Below, in pieces: positions 1 through 7,078 of a stretch of DNA of 9,000 nucleotides. The stretch spans positions 1 to 9,000 of the forward strand of contig CBFFSA010000096.1 in assembly GCA_965644495.1 (NCBI GenBank). The letters run 5' to 3'. The first letter of the stretch is position 1. Each line of letters starts with the position of its first letter. A program made the position numbers and the translations under genes. This stretch comes from Perkinsela sp. CCAP 1560/9 (taxonomy: Eukaryota; Protista; Euglenozoa: Kinetoplastea). Below the pieces are notes generated by a model. The model did no database searches. It saw only the letters and a list, made by a program, of their open reading frames with translations, and was not told where the DNA came from.

Positions 1-1
1 G

Positions 2-1315
2 ATCAGTGATGCTAATGCCACAGTGGGTGCGATTGATTTAATTAAGCCAGGACGCAATGCCAATGTACGTGATTTCACGATCTTTACTAATGGTGAAGAA
101 CACACGCAACAAATCATTGCACAATTAAAATCAATGCCAGATGTGACATTTTTAACAATGTCAGATCGCACCTTCTTAATGCACATCGGTGGCAAAATTG
201 AAGTAAATAGTAAAACCCCGATCAAAAATCGTGATGATCTATCGATGGCGTACACCCCGGGTGTGGCTAGAGTATGTATGGCCATTCATCATGATCAAGA
301 CAAAGCCTTTAAATTAACGATTAAACGCAACACCGTTGCCATCGTCTCCGATGGAACTGCCGTATTAGGGTTAGGTGATATCGGCCCGAAAGCAGCAATG
401 CCAGTGATGGAAGGCAAAGCCATGCTATTTAAAGGCTTTGCCGGTGTCGATGCATTTCCTATTTGTTTAGACACCAAAGATACCGATGCGATTGTTGATA
501 CCGTCAAACGGATCGCACCTGGCTTTGGTGGCATCAATTTAGAAGATATTTCAGCGCCGCGCTGTTTTGAAATCGAAGACCGGTTAAAACGCGAATTAGA
601 TATCCCTGTATTTCACGATGATCAACACGGCACTGCGGTTGTGTTTACTGCAGCGTTGATCAATGCGTTAAAACTTGTGAAAAAACGCCCTGAAAAGCTG
701 AAAGTAGTGGTCGCTGGCGTTGGTGCTGCCGGTGTTGCTTGTACTAAGATGTTACAAAGTTTAGGCGTTACCAATGTCATTGGCTGTGATCGCAAAGGCG
801 CATTAGTCAAAACCCGTGATGATTTAAACCCAGCTAAACAAGCTTATGCAAACTCAACTAATCCAAAACAACAAAGTGGTGCAATCAGTGATGTAATTAA
901 AGGAGCCGATGTGTTTGTTGGTTTATCCGGTCCTAACGTATTAACGGTTGATGACTTAAAAGCCATGGCGAAAAAACCAATTGTATTTGCTATGTCGAAC
1001 CCAACACCTGAAATCTTGCCAGAAGAAGCAGCACCCTATGTTGAGATCATGGCTACCGGTCGCAGTGATTATCCCAACCAAATTAACAACGTCTTAGCAT
1101 TTCCAGGGATTTTTCGTGGCGCATTAAACGTACGTGCAACTGATATTAACGATGTGATGAATTTAGCCGCAGCTCATGCAATTGCAAATGTCATCGATGA
1201 ACATACCTTAAATCCAGACTACATTATTCCTAGTGTATTCGATACATCCGTTGCAACCAAAGTCGCTGAGGCAGTGATGCAAGCAGCATATGACAGCGGT
1301 GTAGCTAAGAAATAA
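2..1315 (+). CDS. NAD(P)-dependent malic enzyme, small-subunit type, with N-terminal ACT-like domain (5' end outside window)
   Basis: Malic enzyme motifs AYTPGVA, SDGTAVLGLGDIG, PVMEGKA, NLEDI, FHDDQHGTA, Rossmann GVGAAG, ATGRSDYPNQINNVLAFPGIFRG. The frame is open upstream of the GTG at 23 to the window edge (ISDANATVGAIDL...), so the real start lies outside. GAIDLI...VRDFTI...EEH...SDRTFLMHIGGKIEV resembles the ACT-ME junction. There is no C-terminal phosphotransacetylase domain, so this is not E. coli-type MaeB. Confidence 0.93.
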   Translation: MSDANATVGAIDLIKPGRNANVRDFTIFTNGEEHTQQIIAQLKSMPDVTFLTMSDRTFLMHIGGKIEVNSKTPIKNRDDLSMAYTPGVARVCMAIHHDQDKAFKLTIKRNTVAIVSDGTAVLGLGDIGPKAAMPVMEGKAMLFKGFAGVDAFPICLDTKDTDAIVDTVKRIAPGFGGINLEDISAPRCFEIEDRLKRELDIPVFHDDQHGTAVVFTAALINALKLVKKRPEKLKVVVAGVGAAGVACTKMLQSLGVTNVIGCDRKGALVKTRDDLNPAKQAYANSTNPKQQSGAISDVIKGADVFVGLSGPNVLTVDDLKAMAKKPIVFAMSNPTPEILPEEAAPYVEIMATGRSDYPNQINNVLAFPGIFRGALNVRATDINDVMNLAAAHAIANVIDEHTLNPDYIIPSVFDTSVATKVAEAVMQAAYDSGVAKK

Positions 1316-2812
1316 TCACTTCCATCGATAAGATATCCGGTCAGTATTCCCCATCCAATAATTTAATATTGGTGACAAACATAATAATAGAAATGCTACC
1401 ACCAATGCGGCTACCCCTAATTGGGTAAATGCATGGCTGTAATTCGGGTTGGTGACTAACGGCGATGCACTGTGACTGGTACCGGCTGCATAATTAGAAA
1501 AGAAACTGGCAAATACGGCAGCAACACCCGTATTTAGCAATAGACTACCCATACACAGACTTTGCCAACGCGCAGGGATCAGCAACCCAACCATCGCATA
1601 ACCAATCGGGCTAATCAGCAATTCTGCTAACGCTTCTAATACATACGTTGAAAAGACCCAAGAAAATGATACATAGCCATTATTAGCGAAGGCAATTCCA
1701 AGTGGCAAAATTAATAAACCAAGCCCACCCAAGGTCATTCCCATGGTAAATTGAATAGGCACTGAAAAACGGCCACTGCCCTGCTCACGCGCACGCATAA
1801 AATAACGCGCCAATAAAGGGCCACCAATAAAAATAGTAACCGCATTAATGTTAGACAACCAACCGGGAGCAATCTGCCAACCAAAAAGGTGTAAGTTAAC
1901 GTTATTTTTGGCGAAAAACATCAAACTCATCGGTGATAATTGGTAAATAATCCAAAACATTTGCGCACATAATAATAAGACTAAAAATGTTAAAAAGCGT
2001 TTGCGTTCTTGCTGCTGGTGGCTCATTGCCCCATAAAATAAGACAATGACAATCACTGCACCGGCTAATAAAATAACACCATCACCGATCGCTACATGAT
2101 GTAATAGAAAATACAATGCTGGCACTAATGCAAGTAATATCGCAATACCAATGGCATTTCTTCGAAACTGAACAGGTTTATGATCACACTGAGATAGGGT
2201 GGTTTGTTTGTCACGTAAATAGTTCCACCCAAGTGATAAAACCATAATCGTCACCAGATTAAATAACGATGCAAATAGAAATAACCAGGTGTAATTATCG
2301 TGTAATTGAAAATACCCAGATAAGGTAAACCCCATCAGAAAACCAATATTCATTGCACCATAATTCCAGAAAAACGCTGTTTCACGCTTTGAAACATCAT
2401 CGCTGCTAAATAGCTGTGACAGTAGCATATTGAGGCATGTCACTAAGGTACCAGTGCCAATTAACACACCAGCCAATCCCCAGTAAAACAGTTGCAGACT
2501 ACCGTCTACTAATGCAATTGTGCCTAATAATTGGAATATTATGCCAAATAACACCATGGCACGATAGCTTAAATAACGTCCGCCAAGGTAACCGGATAAT
2601 TGATGCAATGCAAAGTTCAGTGCGAAATACACCCCAGCAACTAAATTAGCATCGTGTTCACTAAACCCTAAACGACTATTCATGTATAACACTAGCGATG
2701 CAAACAACACGGCAAAACTAATCGTGCTAAACAGTTGCACACTATATAAAAAGCCAAAGCCGTGTGGCATCGACAAAAATGATTTTTTAACGGGTTGCGT
2801 TGTCGTCGTCAT
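1316..2812 (-). CDS. POT/PTR-family (MFS) oligopeptide transporter, divergent type
   Basis: 498 aa with many hydrophobic segments. POT-like segments: SGYLGGRYLSYR (cf. GGxxADRxLG), KRETAFFWNYGAMNIG (cf. FxxFYxxINxG), MFWIIYQ, LAELLISPIG (cf. GELxxSPxG). AGGAG Shine-Dalgarno 8 nt upstream of the ATG. Confidence 0.88.
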   Translation of the reverse strand: MTTTTQPVKKSFLSMPHGFGFLYSVQLFSTISFAVLFASLVLYMNSRLGFSEHDANLVAGVYFALNFALHQLSGYLGGRYLSYRAMVLFGIIFQLLGTIALVDGSLQLFYWGLAGVLIGTGTLVTCLNMLLSQLFSSDDVSKRETAFFWNYGAMNIGFLMGFTLSGYFQLHDNYTWLFLFASLFNLVTIMVLSLGWNYLRDKQTTLSQCDHKPVQFRRNAIGIAILLALVPALYFLLHHVAIGDGVILLAGAVIVIVLFYGAMSHQQQERKRFLTFLVLLLCAQMFWIIYQLSPMSLMFFAKNNVNLHLFGWQIAPGWLSNINAVTIFIGGPLLARYFMRAREQGSGRFSVPIQFTMGMTLGGLGLLILPLGIAFANNGYVSFSWVFSTYVLEALAELLISPIGYAMVGLLIPARWQSLCMGSLLLNTGVAAVFASFFSNYAAGTSHSASPLVTNPNYSHAFTQLGVAALVVAFLLLCLSPILNYWMGNTDRISYRWK

Positions 2813-2815
2813 TGC

Positions 2816-2848
2816 AATATCTCCTATTGTGCCGCAATAGCCGATATT
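2816..2848 (-). promoter_or_regulatory. Inverted repeat/hairpin covering the POT gene Shine-Dalgarno
   Basis: Minus strand reads AATATC-GG-CTATTG-CGGCA-CAATAG-GA-GATATT: two 6-bp perfect stems separated by a 2x2 purine internal loop. AGGAG lies in the 3' arm. Confidence 0.55.
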
Positions 2849-2849
2849 T

Positions 2850-2878
2850 ATCGTAAGGATAGCGATTACTCAAGTCAA
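2850..2878 (-). promoter_or_regulatory. Putative sigma70 promoter of the POT transporter gene
   Basis: Minus strand TTGACT (2878-2873), 17-nt spacer, TACGAT (2855-2850): 5/6 and 4/6 matches to TTGACA/TATAAT with optimal spacing, 37 nt upstream of the ATG. Confidence 0.65.
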
Positions 2879-2884
2879 GTCACC

Positions 2885-3011
2885 TATACTCTTCTCGTTT
2901 TAAATTTAGGCTTTGTTGGCTGCGTCTTCTCACAAAAGTCATGTATTTCAATACACTCCTTTTGATTCAAAGACTTGCCGCCTCGCCTAAATTCAAAACG
3001 CTTTGAGTATA
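2885..3011. mobile_element. 127-bp ERIC-like palindromic element (MITE-like)
   Basis: Ends TATACTC...GAGTATA. 16-bp arms at 2896-2911/2985-3000 with one mismatch that is a G-U pair on the minus strand. Nested stems GTCTT/AAGAC, CAAAAG/CTTTTG, TGTAT/ATACA. The minus strand carries AGGCGGCAA, TGAATC, AGGAG, TGAC, GTGA and ACGCAGCCAAC in the order found in the ERIC consensus as recalled. The length equals the canonical ERIC length of 127 bp. Confidence 0.85.
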
Positions 3012-3761
3012 TTACAATACCACTGCAATCAGTGCCATTAGCGCAATTCCTAAACCAAAGTAACACACACTAACCATTGAGGCATCACCAACGTTACTAC
3101 TTAATGCTTCATCCATAGCAACATATAGGAATGTACCTGCAGCAATCGCACTAAATATCGCTAACATTAATTGCCCCTGTGGCGTGGTGAGATACATATG
3201 TAAACCATATCCCATTAACATTCCTAATGGGGTCATCCAGGCAAAGAAAATCACAGCGTACCACAATTGATTTTTGGATAATTGGCAACGACGCATATTA
3301 ATGAGTAAAGCAAAGCTATCTGCACCTTTGTGTGCAATGATAGCGGTTGCAATGGCAACTGTATTAGCAACACTATCACTAATCCCCAACGCACCACCTA
3401 AAATGATAGAGTGAATACACAATACCAATAATAATAAATACGGTTGTAAATGCCGATGAATTTGTGATGAAGTATGTTGACAAATACGCAATGCGGCTTG
3501 TCGTAATAAATATAATAACCACACGGTGACAATCGCAATCACAAAGGTATATGGATAAGTGACACGACCTAATGCATCATGTAAACCCTGCTCTGCACTG
3601 GGTAACATGTGGATGATTGCTGCACTTAAGAAAATACCACGAGCAAAGGCTTCACCATCGATCAACCAACGGCGTGCATTGGGTTTGTCTCCCAATACAA
3701 TTGGCCAAGCACCGCCGGCCACACCAACTGCAAAAATGATTAATGCTAAGCTAATCATCAT
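3012..3761 (-). CDS. ZIP (ZRT/IRT-like, ZupT/SLC39) family divalent metal transporter
   Basis: About 8 hydrophobic segments with motifs AFARGIFLSAAIIHMLP (TM2), IHSIILGGALG (TM4), AIIAHKGADSFAL (TM5), FAWMTPLG (TM6), AIAAGTFLYVA (TM7). Start taken as ATG 3761; TTG 3776 is the alternative. Confidence 0.88.
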   Translation of the reverse strand: MMISLALIIFAVGVAGGAWPIVLGDKPNARRWLIDGEAFARGIFLSAAIIHMLPSAEQGLHDALGRVTYPYTFVIAIVTVWLLYLLRQAALRICQHTSSQIHRHLQPYLLLLVLCIHSIILGGALGISDSVANTVAIATAIIAHKGADSFALLINMRRCQLSKNQLWYAVIFFAWMTPLGMLMGYGLHMYLTTPQGQLMLAIFSAIAAGTFLYVAMDEALSSNVGDASMVSVCYFGLGIALMALIAVVL

Positions 3762-3806
3762 ATTGTTTGTCTGCAAAACCTACCGTAAAAAACAGCTCTC
3801 GAGATA

Positions 3807-4229
3807 TTATTCTCGCTCAGCATTACGATCATCAAAGTCATTTTCCTGTCGATCACCACGTTCAATATGCAGGTGGGCATTCTCAACGTCATCACGATCA
3901 ACATCAAGACGACCACTATCATCTTTTAACAAGGCTTGATCAGCATCATCTTCTGGGAGCACACTGACCGATGGTAATGGATCAACTTCATCATCAGGAT
4001 GATAATTATGCTCGATCACATCTGGCTCAAATTCACCACGTTGTGCATCATATTCAGCATACTGATCACCAGCAACCACTTGCGTAGCTCCTCTGGTTGG
4101 ATTAATCACTGCTTGCTGCGCTCGCTCAACCGTGGCAGATGATAACTGAGTACCCGAATGATTATCACTGGTATCACACCCGGTTACCAGAATAATTAAT
4201 GCAATAATAAATACTAATTTATGCCTCAT
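3807..4229 (-). CDS. Hypothetical Asp/Glu-rich lipoprotein
   Basis: Strong SD (AGGAGG) upstream. Signal peptide MRHK + hydrophobic core + lipobox-like VTG-C18. Start overlaps the tatD 3' end by 11 nt. Mature part is strongly acidic. No family recognised. Confidence 0.78.
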   Translation of the reverse strand: MRHKLVFIIALIILVTGCDTSDNHSGTQLSSATVERAQQAVINPTRGATQVVAGDQYAEYDAQRGEFEPDVIEHNYHPDDEVDPLPSVSVLPEDDADQALLKDDSGRLDVDRDDVENAHLHIERGDRQENDFDDRNAERE

Positions 4230-5025
4230 GTTGCGCCCCTCCTATGGCATCATTAAACAACCTAATATAATTCTCTGTCGTCTTTTGTGCAATTAATTCT
4301 AAGCTTACCCCACGTAATGTGGCAATATAGTCTGCCACATGATAAACATAAGCCGGCTGATTGGCCTTACCCCGATACGGTACGGGGGCCAAATAGGGTG
4401 AATCTGTTTCAATTAATAAACGCTCTAGTGGAATGGTTTTAGCAACAGCTTGCAATTCGGTTGCATTTTTAAAGGTAACAATACCAGAAAACGAAATATA
4501 ACACCCCATCTCTATTGCTTGTGCTGCCATTTCTTGGGTTTCGGTAAAACAATGCATCACCCCACCAACGCGATCAATACCTTGTTCACGCATGATTGCA
4601 ATTGTATCTTCACGGGCATTACGCGTATGAATGATCACTGGCTTTTGTAGCGCTATCGCCGCTTGAATATGAGTACGAAACCGATTTTGTTGCCAGGTTA
4701 AATCACCTTGTTGACGAAAATAATCTAAACCAGTCTCACCAATGGCTACCACATTGGGATGTTGTGCTAGTTCAACTAATTCATCCACCGTAACTTCATG
4801 GGGATCATCTTGTTCATTGGGATGAACACCAACTGATGCGCTCACATTAGCAAATGTATCCGCAATACGTAACATATTCGGCAAATCACGTAAATTAACC
4901 GCAACGCATAAGCAATGGTGCACATGGTTAGCACACGCATTAGTTAATACATTTTCCATTTTCCCGTCAAACGCAGTGAGGTCGAGCATATCAAGATGAC
5001 AATGTGAGTCGACTAATTGTAGCAT
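4219..5025 (-). CDS. tatD: TatD-family metal-dependent hydrolase/nuclease (YcfH-like)
   Basis: Motifs VDSHCHL, GVHP, IGETGLDY, IIHTR, VMHCF, SFSGIVTF, ETDSPYLAP; syntenic after holB-pilZ. Start taken as ATG 5025 because the GTG at 5064 lies within pilZ. Confidence 0.93.
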   Translation of the reverse strand: MLQLVDSHCHLDMLDLTAFDGKMENVLTNACANHVHHCLCVAVNLRDLPNMLRIADTFANVSASVGVHPNEQDDPHEVTVDELVELAQHPNVVAIGETGLDYFRQQGDLTWQQNRFRTHIQAAIALQKPVIIHTRNAREDTIAIMREQGIDRVGGVMHCFTETQEMAAQAIEMGCYISFSGIVTFKNATELQAVAKTIPLERLLIETDSPYLAPVPYRGKANQPAYVYHVADYIATLRGVSLELIAQKTTENYIRLFNDAIGGAQHEA

Positions 5026-5038
5026 AGTGGGGTTGTCA

Positions 5039-5393
5039 TTAAATCGTGTCCGTTGGTTTATCACTGTCTAACATACCAGCTAAGGCTAATTCTATTTTTT
5101 CACGCACAGTACGTCCCAGTTTACCTTGTAGTTGTACACCAATACCACGTTGACTACTGCCAGATTGTTGCGAAACTACCCAAACTATTTTTGCTTGCAA
5201 GCGATGTGGTTCCGATTCATCTAATAACCGTAAGGATAAAAAAAATTAAATCACCCAATGCAAACGTGCGCGTGGTTGGAATGAATAACCCACCCCCTGT
5301 TACAAATTTCATATAAGCACGATACAATTTTTCTTTATCAGTCAGTTCCAATGACAAAACGGGGGTATCAGCAGCAGGTTGTTTATCCATCAT
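5039..5393 (-). CDS. pilZ: Type IV pilus assembly protein PilZ (PA2960-like), split by a 1-nt frameshift at the A8 run 5238-5245
   Basis: Manual translation: MMDKQPAADTPVLSLELTDKEKLYRAYMKFVTGGGLFIPTTRTFALGDLIF then, after removing one T from the T8 run, LSLRLLDESEPHRLQAKIVWVVSQQSGSSQRGIGVQLQGKLGRTVREKIELALAGMLDSDKPTDTI* (117 aa). Matches PilZ hallmarks LYxAYM, GGLFIPT, KxVW, GIGVQ and the canonical position between holB and tatD. Not in the ORF track. Confidence 0.9.
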
Positions 5394-5422
5394 GTATCAA
5401 CTTATCATGCCTTACATTACTG

Positions 5423-6449
5423 TTAATTAGCTAGACGATACCACTTCACCAATAAACTTTCCAATAATAATTGCTGATTGGGGTTGGCTGCACTATTCAA
5501 CATACCACGTGTGTTGGTTAATTGATCAATAAATGTAAATAGCTTACAAATAAAATGAGATACATCGATATCAGGTACTACTAATGTTGACCAACTAGCC
5601 GGTAAACACTGCGCATGACCATGTAATTGCCACACTAAACCACAACAGGCACGGATCCACTGTGTGATTAGATCATCGATGGCTTGCGTCATCCAAGTTT
5701 GCGCAACCATCACTGGCGAACACTGTTGCTGAAAGACCATTTGCAGCGCCTCTAACCACTGTGTCATTTGTTCAGTTAATTGCGGATCACTAGCGATTGC
5801 CAATGCCGTTAATGGTGCTCCATCACTGACAGTTAACCATTGTTGACACTGGGTTAATGACACATCCTGATTGGCTGCTTGTAACGTTTGCTGTAACCAC
5901 GCACTGCTTTTTTCAAGTGGCGGCACTTGGAATACCACGTGTATACAACGACTGCGTAACGTAGCTGGTAAACTCATCGGTTGTGCAGTGACTAACAACA
6001 ACACTGTATTGTCTCCTGGCTCTTCTATTATTTTTTAATACACTGTTAACCGCTGCTGTTGTTAAACAATCCGCCGGTTCAATCACTACTACGCGAAAAC
6101 CGGCATGCTGCGGGGTTTGCTGTAACGATTGTAACATTACACGCACTTGATCAATTTTAATTGTGCTGGCGTTTTGTTCTGGGTAAACGTGGTAATAATC
6201 AGGATGTGTACCTGCTTGTTGCCAACGACACGCCTGGCAATGCCCGCAGGGTACTGTTTCATCCTGTTGTTCACACAACAATATCGCGGCACAATAGCGA
6301 GCTACTCTCTGTTTACCTAAACCCGGTAACCCGCTTAATAATAGGGCATGAGGCATCGTTGCTGTTTGCTTGGCTTGAACCAATTGGGTGAGGTCCATGC
6401 CACGCATTGATACAGGGGGCAATATAGTGTGATCAATCTCAATACTCAT
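5423..6449 (-). CDS. holB: DNA polymerase III subunit delta', split into two ORFs by a 1-nt frameshift at the T6 run 6031-6036
   Basis: N-part has HALLLSGLPGLGK, a four-Cys Zn module (C...PCGHCQAC), HPDY, IKIDQVR. Removing one A from TTAAAAAATAATAGAAGAG restores NSVLKIIEEPGDNTVLLLVT...LPATLRSRC, giving a 341-aa protein. Syntenic after tmk with ATGA overlap. Confidence 0.92.
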
Positions 6450-7078
6450 AACACCTCTGCTAATACCGTTTCAATTGATTGCTGTACCGCTGATAAACTG
6501 GCACTGGCATCGATCACGCGAAAGCGTTGTGGTATTTGACGTGCGCGTTCACGATAACACTGATGCACTCTTTCAAAAAACGCAGTATGTTCTTGCTCAA
6601 TACGGTCCATATCACCCCGAACAGCAACACGTTGTTTACCCACAGCAACCGATGCATCCAACAATAATGTTAAATCAGGCCAACAATCACCGTGTAACCA
6701 TTGTGCTAAATACTCAATGACATCTGTAGATAATTCCCTGCCTGCGCCTTGATAAGCAAATGTTGCATCGGTAAACCGATCACAAACAACCACTTTACCC
6801 TGTTGCAATGCTGGCTGGATAACCATTTCTAAATGTTGTGCACGTGCAGCAAAGGCTAACAATAATTCGGTATTAGCAGTTACTACTTCTGCTTGAGGTT
6901 GTAGGATCACATCACGGATCTGTTCTGCAACCGGTGTCCCACCAGGTTCACGTGTCACAATATAAGAACGTTGTTGTGCGTCTAAATAACGGGTAATCGA
7001 TTCAATCGCGGTTGATTTACCAACCCCTTCGCCCCCTTCCAATGTTAAGAAAAATCCAGATGCAACAGTGTCATTCAT
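6446..7078 (-). CDS. tmk: Thymidylate kinase
   Basis: P-loop EGGEGVGKST, TREPGGT, ELLLAFAARAQH, CDRFTDATFAYQG, PDLTLLLD, DRIEQE; ATGA overlaps with both neighbours. Confidence 0.96.
   Translation of the reverse strand: MNDTVASGFFLTLEGGEGVGKSTAIESITRYLDAQQRSYIVTREPGGTPVAEQIRDVILQPQAEVVTANTELLLAFAARAQHLEMVIQPALQQGKVVVCDRFTDATFAYQGAGRELSTDVIEYLAQWLHGDCWPDLTLLLDASVAVGKQRVAVRGDMDRIEQEHTAFFERVHQCYRERARQIPQRFRVIDASASLSAVQQSIETVLAEVL

Noticed and set aside
2813-3011. tRNA, CRISPR array or intrinsic terminator in the spacer
   Set aside because: No cloverleaf or T-loop motif, no direct repeat-spacer periodicity, and no GC hairpin followed by a U tract.
2884-3066. 60-aa minus-strand ORF
   Set aside because: It overlaps the ZIP 3' end out of frame and is otherwise just a stop-free reading of the 127-bp element; no evident RBS. 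A stop-free frame would permit in-frame insertions elsewhere, but there is no evidence of that here.
3559-3967. His-rich 66-aa and Ser-rich 126-aa plus-strand ORFs next to a metal transporter
   Set aside because: Antisense shadows: GAT (Asp) codons of the lipoprotein read as CAT/TCA on the opposite strand.
5023-5041. TAATG-coupled ATG after pilZ suggesting a third indel in the G4 run
   Set aside because: That ATG is out of frame with tatD, but an in-frame ATG at 5025 already gives a normal TatD N-terminus; no indel is required.
5053-5316. 87-aa plus-strand ORF filling the holB-tatD gap
   Set aside because: Antisense to the frameshifted pilZ, which explains the region.
6025-6040. dnaX-like programmed frameshift in holB
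   Set aside because: dnaX uses a -1 shift at A AAA AAG to make a shorter product. Here a +1 shift would be needed to make the full protein, and no such signal is recognisable.
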